Below, piece after piece: positions 1 to 9,280 of a DNA stretch of 49,313 bases; the first letter of the stretch is position 1, and each line of letters starts with the position of its first letter. The notes below the pieces were generated by a model. It made no database searches and was not told where the DNA came from. It worked only from the letters and a program-made list of their open reading frames with translations. A program made the position numbers and the translations under genes. This DNA is from Trichormus sp. ATA11-4-KO1 (GTDB taxonomy: Bacteria > Cyanobacteriota > Cyanobacteriia > Cyanobacteriales > Nostocaceae): positions 1-49,313 of the forward strand of contig JAHHIM010000034.1 in the NCBI GenBank assembly GCA_019358915.1. The letters run 5' to 3'.

Positions 1-123
1 AATGTTCCAGATTGCATTGTGCTGTGGACGGTTTGCTGATTTTTCTGATTGTCCGATACCTATTCATTGGATGATACTTTTTATCAATCCACTCTTTTGC
101 CACTTTGTCAATGCGTAAGTCCT
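1..123 (-). mobile_element. End of an IS701-family-like element running off the window's left edge; partial transposase N-terminus at 1..67
   Basis: TGCGTAAGTCCT at 112-123 resembles cyanobacterial IS701-type terminal repeats. The minus strand reads MNRYRTIRKISKPSTAQCNLEH, resembling cyanobacterial IS701 transposase N-termini. Confidence 0.65.
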
Positions 124-150
124 ATAAATATCTTCCTAAGTATAAATTTG

Positions 151-382
151 ATGACAATCTACTTCTACAGCGATCGCGAACAATGTGGATGATATTATGC
201 GAAAAGCAGTACTGCGTAAGTTTGAAACCCATAAGGATATTAGAGATATCCTACTTTCCACAGATAATGAAGAAATCGTGGAAAATTCACCTATAGATTT
301 TTACTGGGGTTGTGGATCTGATGGTAGTGGAAAAAATATGTTAGGAATAATATTAATGGAAGTGCGAGAGATACTGCGCTAA
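151..382 (+). pseudogene. NADAR/YbiA-family gene with internal deletion and frameshift
   Basis: ATG at 151 gives MTIYFYSDREQ (NADAR-like start), joined out of frame to the C-terminal half DDIMRKAVLRKF...ENSPIDFYWGCGSDGSGKNMLG. The central FSNF/SEHYFQAQKF part is absent. Confidence 0.8.
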
Positions 383-646
383 ACTCATAGACCAAGGATT
401 GGTAAGAGTGCGGTAAGATAATATTGTTGCTGTTAATGCTTACTCTTGCAAACGTCTAAAATAAGTATTTAGGGGCAATTTATAGACGTGAAACTAATAT
501 GATAGCCACCCACTTCTGTAGTGCCTTACCTTGCAAGAGCATGTTGCTGCATTTAACCTTTCAAGGCAAACTAGCGTAGACATACGAAAAGCATATTCTT
601 GTAAAGTAACTTGAAAGTAGCAATCCCTTATAGGAGTAAAGAAATT

Positions 647-949
647 ATGTCTCTATCTACCAAGATAAAGAAATATTGCAAATGGTTCTGGGATGAATCC
701 CTTGGCGGTGAGTACGATACTTGGGGTACTAGTACCTATTTTATGGAAGTTGGCCATGATTTATGTGCTGTTAGACAAATAGAGGTTTACGAAAATGGCA
801 ACGTCTTATTCTATGATGACAGCCACTTTGCAGATAATCATGGTATGTTATGCGATAAACCTTTAGGTGAAGAAGATATCCAAGAATTTGGCATTACCAA
901 AGCCGAATTTGAAGAGGTTTGGAGTACAAAAACACCAATGAATCGATGA
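647..949 (+). CDS. Small acidic hypothetical protein (possibly immunity-like)
   Basis: AGGAG at 632-636 before ATG 647; 100-aa acidic, aromatic-rich ORF. Confidence 0.6.
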   Translation: MSLSTKIKKYCKWFWDESLGGEYDTWGTSTYFMEVGHDLCAVRQIEVYENGNVLFYDDSHFADNHGMLCDKPLGEEDIQEFGITKAEFEEVWSTKTPMNR

Positions 950-985
950 AGTTGGCTAATATAAAATTCCATAGCAGAATAGCAA

Positions 986-1020
986 GGTGCGTTAAGCGGA
1001 AAGCTCAGTAAAAACGCACC
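986..1020. repeat. REP-like inverted repeat between convergent genes
   Basis: GGTGCGTT...AACGCACC arms. Confidence 0.5.
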
Positions 1021-1033
1021 CAATTATTTCTCT

Positions 1034-1699
1034 TCATTGACTAGTCCAACCTCGTTTAGCCGTCCAATGGCGATAGCTTGATTGATAAACCTGCACCCCA
1101 GCCATACCCACAGTAGAAATTAACTGATTCACTTCATCTATTGTGAGTGCGGCGTGGAGAGAATCACGAAATAATTTTTTCTGGTGTGCATCGTATTCAT
1201 TACCGATACTGTCCACCAAAGCATTCATAGTCATCTCATCAACTGGTCGCAATAAATCGCGGATGAAAATACCGACATGGGGTTTGGTAACACGCTTGAG
1301 TTCTTGAAAAAACGGTAACGGATCAGGTAAATGGTGGACAAGGCTATTTGAAATCACCAGATCAAACACCTGATCCTCATAAGGTAAGTTTTTAGCATCA
1401 ACTAATTCTAAGCAGATTTGCTGTTGCAGACCAGCTTGCTGCACATGTTGTGAGGCAATTTGCAGCATATTTTCAGCCAAATCAATCGCAGTAATTTGCC
1501 ATTGGGGACGCATTTGACAGATTAATACGGGAATTCTACCAGGGCCAGTTCCAGCATCTAATACTAAACCCTGTTCTTTTGGCCCCAAGGCGATGGCTTC
1601 TTCAGCAAAAGCCGTATTTACCTCAGTAAAGTCCATTGCATCATATGCAACGGCTTCTTCCCAGGTATCCATCACTTCTGCTTCTAACAGTCTTTGCAT
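1034..1699 (-). CDS. Class I SAM-dependent methyltransferase
   Basis: VLDAGTGPG motif I; FDLVISNSLVHH. Confidence 0.9.
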   Translation of the reverse strand: MQRLLEAEVMDTWEEAVAYDAMDFTEVNTAFAEEAIALGPKEQGLVLDAGTGPGRIPVLICQMRPQWQITAIDLAENMLQIASQHVQQAGLQQQICLELVDAKNLPYEDQVFDLVISNSLVHHLPDPLPFFQELKRVTKPHVGIFIRDLLRPVDEMTMNALVDSIGNEYDAHQKKLFRDSLHAALTIDEVNQLISTVGMAGVQVYQSSYRHWTAKRGWTSQ

Positions 1700-1789
1700 T
1701 GCTAATTTCCCTTGTTATTTCACCCATGAAAGTAGAACTACGGTTTTGGGAACACTAAGTTTATCACCAAACTTAACAGGAATTGGTCG

Positions 1790-2887
1790 ATGTCGAACGG
1801 TGAATCTAACCACAGTATAAAAAATACATTACCCACGGAAGTACCTGCAAAATACTTGAAACAAATCAAGCGCAATACCATTACTCATGAACTTGACCAA
1901 AGTTCGTCAGAGGAAATGGTACTTCCACAGGAAAGTGATGATCAGTTATCGGAAGCATCCCAGTTACTACGTCAAGGAGTTAAACAACAGCAAGCTGGTG
2001 AATTACTAGTTGCGTTAAAGTCGTTACAGCAGTCTCTAGAGATGTTTCAGGCTGTTGGTGATACAGAAAAACAAGAACAGGCGCTTTCTTTTTTAGCACT
2101 CGTAACTTACGCTTCTGGGGATTACCAAAGCACAATTTCTTATTCCCAGCAGTGTTTAGGCTTAAAAAAGGCCAACCAAGATTTAGTCACACAGATGCAA
2201 GCACTTTCTCATTTGGGTAATGCTTATCGTCACTTGAATAACCATAATCAGGCAATTAAATATTTGCAAGGATGTTTAAAAATCACCCGCCAACTACCAA
2301 ATAAGCGGAGTCAGGTTGCAGCATTAAATAACCTAGGATTAGTATATAAAACTGCGGGAAATTTTATCCAAGCAATTGAGTATCAAAAACAAAGTTTAGA
2401 AATTGTCCAAGAACTCCAAGACCACTGGGGTATGGAACAGGTGCTTAAAAATATAGGTAATGCTTATTATGCTTTGGATGATTATCCTCAAGCGATCGCC
2501 TACTATGAAAAGTGTGTAAAAATAGCACGCACACTTAACCATCTTCGCAGTGCTTCTCAGGTACTGAAGAATTTAGGGAATGCTTGCTATGCTATCGGCA
2601 ATTATCACAAAGCTATTTTTTCTTATGAGGAGCGTTTACAATTAGCCAGAGAACTAAAAGATATACGTAATGAAGAACAGTCTCTCACTAGTTTAGGAGT
2701 TGCTTGTGAAGCCTTGGGTGATTATAAAAAAGCAATTAAATATTATGAAGAACGTTTGCTGTTAGCTAGAAATATTAAAGACCGCCGTATTGAAGAACAA
2801 GCACTTAGTAGTTTAAGAGTTACTTGCTACGCCTTGGGTGATTATGCCAAAGCCATGCAATATCAGCAAAAATCTCCAAATAGTTAA
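1790..2887 (+). CDS. Tetratricopeptide repeat protein
   Basis: Repeated approximately 40-aa units of type ALNNLGLVY...AIEY. Confidence 0.9.
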   Translation: MSNGESNHSIKNTLPTEVPAKYLKQIKRNTITHELDQSSSEEMVLPQESDDQLSEASQLLRQGVKQQQAGELLVALKSLQQSLEMFQAVGDTEKQEQALSFLALVTYASGDYQSTISYSQQCLGLKKANQDLVTQMQALSHLGNAYRHLNNHNQAIKYLQGCLKITRQLPNKRSQVAALNNLGLVYKTAGNFIQAIEYQKQSLEIVQELQDHWGMEQVLKNIGNAYYALDDYPQAIAYYEKCVKIARTLNHLRSASQVLKNLGNACYAIGNYHKAIFSYEERLQLARELKDIRNEEQSLTSLGVACEALGDYKKAIKYYEERLLLARNIKDRRIEEQALSSLRVTCYALGDYAKAMQYQQKSPNS

Positions 2888-2917
2888 CGTGGATAATCAG
2901 GCTAGACGAGTAGGTGT

Positions 2918-3478
2918 TTACATATCTACCCCAGGTTTTGACCAAACATAAGGTTGAAAAGCTTTATCTAAAGGAGTTTTAGCAATATGGTTAGTATAGT
3001 TGTGAATAATTTTTACAGCAATTCCTAGAATGACTTCCAAAACCTGCTGCTTTGTGTAACCTGCTGCTAAAAACTCTGTGATTTCTTGATCATTTACCCA
3101 ACCTCGCGTCTCAATCATCCGCTTAGTAAACAGCCGCAACGCTTGTAACTTCTGATCTGCCAGGGGTTGACCTTGACGTAGAGCCTCAAGGTCTTCATGA
3201 ATCATCCCAATCATTTCTGCTAAACCTGAATGAGCCGCCATGCAGTAGCGACAGTCATGTTCGTAATTAGCAGTAAGATAGATCACCTGTTGTTCTATAG
3301 GCGTAAAACTGGTCGTTTCAAATAAATCCCACAATGCCATACCTCCCTTCAAGGCGGCGGGAGCTTCGGCAAGAATACCCTCTAAATTTGGAATCAATCC
3401 AAATGTCGCCTTTGCATGGATAAGAGCTTCCTTGGAGGCTTCTGGCGCAGTTTCAATCGTGTGAATTGTAAATTCCAT
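2918..3478 (-). CDS. Carboxymuconolactone decarboxylase/AhpD-like protein
   Basis: EHDCRYCMAAH CxxC motif; probable start MEFTIH at 3478. Confidence 0.85.
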   Translation of the reverse strand: MEFTIHTIETAPEASKEALIHAKATFGLIPNLEGILAEAPAALKGGMALWDLFETTSFTPIEQQVIYLTANYEHDCRYCMAAHSGLAEMIGMIHEDLEALRQGQPLADQKLQALRLFTKRMIETRGWVNDQEITEFLAAGYTKQQVLEVILGIAVKIIHNYTNHIAKTPLDKAFQPYVWSKPGVDM

Positions 3479-3504
3479 TGCTTTACTTCTCCAATGAATT
3501 CCCA

Positions 3505-3569
3505 AGTAGACAAACTTGTCTACTATTAATAGGTGCTAGTATAGCCCTATGGAGACAAAGTTGTCTACC
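3505..3569. promoter_or_regulatory. Two palindromic operators, probably for the adjacent TetR protein
   Basis: AGTAGACAA-AC-TTGTCTACT at 3505-3524 and GGAGACAA-AG-TTGTCTACC at 3551-3569, in the divergent intergenic region. Confidence 0.75.
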
Positions 3570-3576
3570 TAAATTT

Positions 3577-4149
3577 ATGACTACTGAATCAAGTGCTGCA
3601 CGTCAACAAATTTTAGAAACTGCTTCTGAACTGTTTTATCAGAAGGGAATTCAATATGTGGGAATCAATGAAGTTATTGCCGCGTCTGGTGTGGCAAAGC
3701 GAACACTGTATCGATGGTTTTCTTCAAAAGACCAACTGATTGAAGAAGTGATGAAATATCGTGCTACTCAATGGTTACGTTGGTTTGAAGATACGGTTGC
3801 AGACAAAGATAACACTCCTAGAGAGCGGTTACTAGCAACCTTTGATGTTCTCCAGGGATGGTACGCTGAACCTGACTTCCGGGGTTGTCCATTTATTAAT
3901 GCGGTCTTAGAAATTGCTGATGCTTCTCATCCAGCTCATCAAGTCTCAGTTAAGTTGAGAGAAGCTATCCGCACTTACATCATGCAGCTAGCATTTGAAG
4001 CAGGTGTGCGCGACCCTGCTTCATTTTCACAGCAGTATTTGCTTTTAATTGGAGGAGCTAGTTTAATGGCAACGATTGAGGGAAATCCAATTGGAGCGCA
4101 ATACGCTAGAAATGCTTTGTCTATATTAATTGATGCTAATAAGACTTAG
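3577..4149 (+). CDS. TetR/AcrR family transcriptional regulator
   Basis: HTH ...GVAKRTLYRWFSSKDQL; GCPFIN motif; probable ATG 3577. Confidence 0.92.
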   Translation: MTTESSAARQQILETASELFYQKGIQYVGINEVIAASGVAKRTLYRWFSSKDQLIEEVMKYRATQWLRWFEDTVADKDNTPRERLLATFDVLQGWYAEPDFRGCPFINAVLEIADASHPAHQVSVKLREAIRTYIMQLAFEAGVRDPASFSQQYLLLIGGASLMATIEGNPIGAQYARNALSILIDANKT

Positions 4150-4182
4150 ACAAAAACATCGTTACAACCCATTTTTCTACAG

Positions 4183-4400
4183 TTAAGAAATACAATATTG
4201 CCTCCTTCTCTTTGGGGGTTGGGTAGTAATTGTTTTCATTCCACTAGAAGTAATAATTTCTAATTCTTCTATACGTAAGTGCCAAGCCATAGAATTTACT
4301 CCCCCCCTCTTAAACCACAAGCATCACAAAGGTCTCTACCTACAATTAAACTAGCTTTACCACCTCTAATACCAGCATCGGCAGCTTACTGATGCGTATC
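4183..4400 (-). pseudogene. Decayed C-terminal fragment of a CxxC deaminase-like (polymorphic toxin-type) domain
   Basis: Reads DTHQ*AADAGIRGGKASLIVGRDLCDACGLRG, then after a frameshift in a G7 run VNSMAWHLRIEELEIITSSGMKTITT. Confidence 0.55.
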
Positions 4401-4405
4401 AAAAA

Positions 4406-5038
4406 TTACCCCATCTTATTTCTTAACCAAGCACGAAATGATTTCAACAAAGCAATTTCACCCATGCTTTTACTCTGCTGAATAAACCTACTAATATCAC
4501 TCACCGCAACTAAAGGAAAGGCAATACTAAACTTACATTCAATATATTGTCCTTCTAGCAATTGATAAAAGTTTAAATCTTGCCCGTTATATCGCCAAAG
4601 TTCAGACACACCCAACGCTGCATAAATTCCAAATTTATTCACAGAACTGCTAGTAATGTCAATTTCAATTGCTAAATCAGGAGGTGGATCTATTTCTAAA
4701 TTTAATATTTGCTGACCTCTAATAGCGGGTTCATTTTGAATATAGTAGCAATTATCTGGTTCTATACCCCGATTTGCCAAACGCCGCTTGAGTGTTGTAG
4801 AACCAGCACTTCTAATTTCAATATCTAGTTCTTCAGCTAAAGCAATAATAAAATTGCCCAAATTACTTTTGGGGTTTTCATGTGCAAAAAGCGGGGTCAT
4901 GATTTCTAAAGTACCGCAGTCATATGCAAACCGAGAGCCTCTATCCTCACCTGTATCTCGCAGCAAGGCTTCAAAGGTTTCCCAACTAACGTTATGTAAA
5001 ACTGTTCTTTGTTCAGCAGGCGTTGACTGGACAAGCAT
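4406..5038 (-). CDS. Uma2 family (PD-(D/E)XK) endonuclease
   Basis: EPDNCYY, PPDLAIEID, YAALGVSELW motifs. Confidence 0.92.
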   Translation of the reverse strand: MLVQSTPAEQRTVLHNVSWETFEALLRDTGEDRGSRFAYDCGTLEIMTPLFAHENPKSNLGNFIIALAEELDIEIRSAGSTTLKRRLANRGIEPDNCYYIQNEPAIRGQQILNLEIDPPPDLAIEIDITSSSVNKFGIYAALGVSELWRYNGQDLNFYQLLEGQYIECKFSIAFPLVAVSDISRFIQQSKSMGEIALLKSFRAWLRNKMG

Positions 5039-5048
5039 ATTAAAATAC

Positions 5049-5648
5049 CTATTCCATGACGATATGAGATAAAATTCCTAAAATTTTACCGATGTCACTA
5101 ATATAATATTCACTCAAATCAATCTCAACTACTTGTCCCAGCAGCTTTAAGAATTTCCAGTTAGTTCCAGTGGTAACAGTACCATAAATTGTCTGAATAT
5201 TATTTCCTTCGCGTTCGTTAAATAATTTAGCTGCGAACATTTCTGCTACACATTGACCTAATCCAGCATTAATGTTTTCTTTTTTAGCTTCTACAATTGT
5301 GATAATTGGTGCATTCACAATTAGTAATTCTGGTGAACGGCTAATAAGAAAATCACAATTGCCATTTAATCCTTGTGCTGGTTCTACAGTAAAATCAATA
5401 CCAGAAAATAAACTAATTTGATTATTTAAATATTTTCTTAGTGCAACTAAAATAGGGGCAATAATCATCTCTGAACGAGATTTGTCTGTATTACTCGCTA
5501 GAGCTAAAGGTACATTATCTCGTAAATTTTCGGCAAGTAAGGGCGGAGTTTCGATTTCTGGTATATCTGCAAATATGTCGATTTTATCAGAAATAGTTAA
5601 GTTAAATGTTTTTCTAACTTTATCTAATGTAAAATCACTATATGACAT
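5049..5648 (-). CDS. Conserved cyanobacterial hypothetical protein with PD-(D/E)XK-like motifs
   Basis: MSYSDFTL start at 5648; G.CDF...VEAKK...GLGQCVAEM...GTVTTGTNWKFL. Confidence 0.75.
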   Translation of the reverse strand: MSYSDFTLDKVRKTFNLTISDKIDIFADIPEIETPPLLAENLRDNVPLALASNTDKSRSEMIIAPILVALRKYLNNQISLFSGIDFTVEPAQGLNGNCDFLISRSPELLIVNAPIITIVEAKKENINAGLGQCVAEMFAAKLFNEREGNNIQTIYGTVTTGTNWKFLKLLGQVVEIDLSEYYISDIGKILGILSHIVME

Positions 5649-5776
5649 TTTGGTTGCTCCCTGAGTTGCCCTGATAACTAAATTATGCCAACAACTAGGA
5701 GCAAAATACATTGCTGATAAAGCGAATTGCTTTTTTGTGGTTTTTATTCCAAAAGGTGGGATCACCCACCCCGTCT

Positions 5777-7039
5777 TTAATCAAGGAACCCAGCAAAAAA
5801 GTCCAGAGTTTCTTTCAGCGCTTTGATAAAAATATCAATTTCCTCGCGGGTGTTGTAAAAAGATAAACTAGCCCTTGCGGTTCCTGGTAAACCTAAGTAA
5901 CGGTGTAATGGTTGAGTGCAATGATGACCAGAACGAATGGCGACACCTTCTTGATCTAATAATGTAGATAAGTCGTTGGGGTGGACATCACCAGCTGTGA
6001 ATGCAGCTAAAGCAGCTCTACCTTCTCCTTGAGCGTTAGGTTTGGGCCCGTAAATTTGAATTTGGGGAATTTGCTCTAATTGTTGGAACAAATAAGCGGT
6101 TAACTCTGCTTCATAGGCGTGGATTCTCTCCATGCCAATATTACTAAGGTAATCTACCGCCGCACCTAAAGCGATCGCTTCTGCAATGGCTGGGGTACCG
6201 GCTTCAAATTTATGGGGTAATTCTGCATAGGTAGAATGGTCTAAGTATACATCGGCAATCATTTCACCACCACCAAAAAATGGCGGCATTGATGCCAATA
6301 GTTCTAATTTGCCATACAAAAAGCCTATCCCAGTTGGGGCACACATTTTGTGACCGGATGCTACCAACCAATCACAATCTATTTGCTGTACATCGACAGG
6401 CATGTGAGGTAAACTTTGACAAGCATCAATTAAGAATTTCGCATCGTATCTGTGAGCGATCGCGGCAATTTCTGCTACTGGATTAATACAACCCAAAGTA
6501 TTAGAAACATGACAAGTTGACACCAGTTTTGTTTTGTCAGAAATCAGTTGCTGAAACTGTGATAAATCAAAACTACCTTCTGGTGTCAATTCGACAAACT
6601 TTAATACCGCACCCGTTTTTTGCGCCACAAATTGCCAAGGAACAATATTACTGTGGTGTTCCATCACCGACAGAATAATTTCATCTCCCGGCTGTAAATT
6701 GTTCATTCCCCAGCTGTAAGCTACTAAGTTAATGGCTTCACTAGCATTGCGGGTGTAGACGATTTCCTGACGTGATGCAGCATTGATAAATTTAGCAACT
6801 TTGTCTCGCGCTGCTTCATAAGCATCAGTAGCTTTAGCACTTAGGGTATGAGCGCCCCGATGCACATTTGCATTATATTGTTCGTAATAATCCCGCAGGA
6901 TGTTTAATACGAACAAAGGTTTTTGGGAAGTAGCTGCATTATCCAGATAAACCAAAGGTTTAGAGTTAACTTCCTGATGCAATATCGGGAAGTCAGCACG
7001 TACCTGATCAGCTAGGGTTTTGGTAGTGGTGAAAGTCAT
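5777..7039 (-). CDS. sufS: Cysteine desulfurase SufS
   Basis: [12 protein letters not shown] (PLP lysine), RSGHHC catalytic Cys; operon context. Confidence 0.97.
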   Translation of the reverse strand: MTFTTTKTLADQVRADFPILHQEVNSKPLVYLDNAATSQKPLFVLNILRDYYEQYNANVHRGAHTLSAKATDAYEAARDKVAKFINAASRQEIVYTRNASEAINLVAYSWGMNNLQPGDEIILSVMEHHSNIVPWQFVAQKTGAVLKFVELTPEGSFDLSQFQQLISDKTKLVSTCHVSNTLGCINPVAEIAAIAHRYDAKFLIDACQSLPHMPVDVQQIDCDWLVASGHKMCAPTGIGFLYGKLELLASMPPFFGGGEMIADVYLDHSTYAELPHKFEAGTPAIAEAIALGAAVDYLSNIGMERIHAYEAELTAYLFQQLEQIPQIQIYGPKPNAQGEGRAALAAFTAGDVHPNDLSTLLDQEGVAIRSGHHCTQPLHRYLGLPGTARASLSFYNTREEIDIFIKALKETLDFFAGFLD

Positions 7040-7049
7040 CGGTAATTAG

Positions 7050-8417
7050 TTATGAGTCACTAGATAAAAACTTGAGACTGTTGACTGTGTTTAATAGAGT
7101 GTCTTGCAGAGACTTGACTGGAATTTGGTTGATAATTTCCGCAGCAAAAGCATTAATTAATAACTTCCGCGCGTCGGTTTCGTTAATTCCCCGACTTTGG
7201 AGATAGAATATTTCATCATCTTCTAATTGGCTAACAGTCGCGCCATGAGAGCATTTCACGTTATCGGCGGTAATTTCCAATTGGGGTTTAGTATCAACCC
7301 GCGCCTTCGATGACAGCAGCAAATTGCGATTTAACTGACCTGCATCAGTTAACTGTGCTGGTTTCGGCACAAAAACCTTACCATTGAACACCGCATGAGC
7401 GCGATCGCCTACGATACATTTATGCAATTGTCTGCTGGTACTATAGGGATGATTGAGTGCGATCGTACTGTGAGTATCAGCCAACTGCTTACCAGAAATC
7501 ATCGTCAACCCATTAAGAGTAGTTTGGGTTTGCTCACCAGCCTGGAAAATCTCTAAATTATGGCGTGATAACTTCCCACCATAAGTAAAAGCATGACAAG
7601 TATAACGACTATCACGACCTTGAGTCACAGCCGTCTTCCCCACATGAAAAGCCTCTAAACCATCACGCTCAACCCTAGTGTGAGTTACTTCGGCATTTTC
7701 ACCCACCCAAACCTCAGTCACCGTATTAGTAAAATAAACCTTCTCCGCGCTCTCTGCGCCTACAGCCCTTACGGGTATCGCTGCGCGCGGGCGGTTCGTA
7801 AATTCTTCAATTAAACTCACACTGCTACCAGTTTCCGCCACCACCAAACACCGGGGCTGGGAAATCACAGCATCCTCACCCACCACCGCCACAAACAGCA
7901 AATGAATTGGTGACTCAACAACGACATTTTTCGCCACCAACACCACCGCCACATCAGTCATCCCAGCAGTATTCAGTGCAGTAAAAACTTCCTGAGAATT
8001 CTCAGACTGAGCCAAATACTTCCTAACATCTTCAGACTCAGACAACCCAGCCAAATTACTAACCGTCACCCCAGCAGGTAAATCTGCAACAGCCGATAAC
8101 TCCGGTGCATAAACACCATTAACAAATACCAAACGACTATTAACAGCTTCCGGTAAAATCAACCCTGCAATATCAACAGCAGTTAATTCCCTATCTACCC
8201 GAAACTGCACCTGACGCAACGCCGACAAATCAGTAAATCGCCATTCCTCATCACGAGTATTGGGAATCACCGTATGACGCACCCAATGAGCCGCATTTTG
8301 GCGTAAATCCTGCAACCAATCCTCGCCTTCAACTGGAGTTACTTCCTGTAACAACCCAGTCAAAAAAGCATCTCTATCCACCAAACTAGAAACTGTAGGA
8401 GAAACTTGCATCGTCAT
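7050..8417 (-). CDS. sufD: Fe-S cluster assembly protein SufD
   Basis: EEWRFT, KPQLEITADNVKCSHGAT, FYLQSRG. Confidence 0.96.
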   Translation of the reverse strand: MTMQVSPTVSSLVDRDAFLTGLLQEVTPVEGEDWLQDLRQNAAHWVRHTVIPNTRDEEWRFTDLSALRQVQFRVDRELTAVDIAGLILPEAVNSRLVFVNGVYAPELSAVADLPAGVTVSNLAGLSESEDVRKYLAQSENSQEVFTALNTAGMTDVAVVLVAKNVVVESPIHLLFVAVVGEDAVISQPRCLVVAETGSSVSLIEEFTNRPRAAIPVRAVGAESAEKVYFTNTVTEVWVGENAEVTHTRVERDGLEAFHVGKTAVTQGRDSRYTCHAFTYGGKLSRHNLEIFQAGEQTQTTLNGLTMISGKQLADTHSTIALNHPYSTSRQLHKCIVGDRAHAVFNGKVFVPKPAQLTDAGQLNRNLLLSSKARVDTKPQLEITADNVKCSHGATVSQLEDDEIFYLQSRGINETDARKLLINAFAAEIINQIPVKSLQDTLLNTVNSLKFLSSDS

Positions 8418-9199
8418 TACACACCCACCTCAGCAGCTTCCAGCACCCAATCATAACCGCGAGATTCCAACTCCAGCGCCAACTCCTTACCGCCACTGGT
8501 GAGAATGCGACCATTAGCCATCACATGCACAAAATCCGGCACAATATAATTAAGTAACCGTTGGTAGTGAGTAATCATAATTGTGGCATTTTCCGGACTA
8601 GTTAATTGATTGACACCATGAGCCACAATCTTCAGCGCATCAATATCTAATCCTGAATCAGTTTCATCCAGAATTGCCAACTTAGGCTCTAACAAAGCCA
8701 TTTGCAGAATTTCATTCCGCTTCTTCTCACCACCAGAAAAACCTTCATTCAAACTTCTATTCAGAAAAGCCGGATTCATTTTTACCACATCCAACTTTTC
8801 TTCAATTAAATCATCAAAATCAAACGCGTCTAATTCTTCTAAACCCTGGGCTTTGCGGCGAGAATTGTAAGCCACCCGCAAGAAATCCAAATTACTCACA
8901 CCCGGAATTTCTAGCGGATATTGAAAAGCCAAAAACACGCCTAACCTCGCGCGTTCCTCTGGCTCCATTTCCAGCAGATTCTGTCCTTGGAAAATTACTT
9001 CACCACCAGTCACTTCATAGGCGGGATGTCCTGTTAACACCTTAGAAAAAGTACTCTTACCAGAACCATTTGGCCCCATAATGGCATGAACTTCACCAGC
9101 GCGTACCTCCAAATTCAAACCCTTCAGAATCGGAGTCCCATTAACAGTAGCCGTCAAATCCTTTACTGACAGCACAACTTCACTATTTTCAATAATCAT
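8417..9199 (-). CDS. sufC: Fe-S cluster assembly ATPase SufC
   Basis: [29 protein letters not shown]. Confidence 0.97.
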   Translation of the reverse strand: MIIENSEVVLSVKDLTATVNGTPILKGLNLEVRAGEVHAIMGPNGSGKSTFSKVLTGHPAYEVTGGEVIFQGQNLLEMEPEERARLGVFLAFQYPLEIPGVSNLDFLRVAYNSRRKAQGLEELDAFDFDDLIEEKLDVVKMNPAFLNRSLNEGFSGGEKKRNEILQMALLEPKLAILDETDSGLDIDALKIVAHGVNQLTSPENATIMITHYQRLLNYIVPDFVHVMANGRILTSGGKELALELESRGYDWVLEAAEVGV

Positions 9200-9224
9200 G
9201 TTCTCTCTTCTCTTCTCTATTTGG

Positions 9225-9277
9225 TTTGTAGTAGGCGCTGAAGCGCCTTTTTTAAAGCACTGAAGTGCTTACTACAA
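9225..9277. repeat. REP-like double-hairpin repeat between sufB and sufC
   Basis: TTGTAGTA GGCGCTGAAGCGCC...AAGCACTGAAGTGCTT ACTACAA; a related unit occurs at about 18170-18222. Confidence 0.65.
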
Positions 9278-9280
9278 GCA

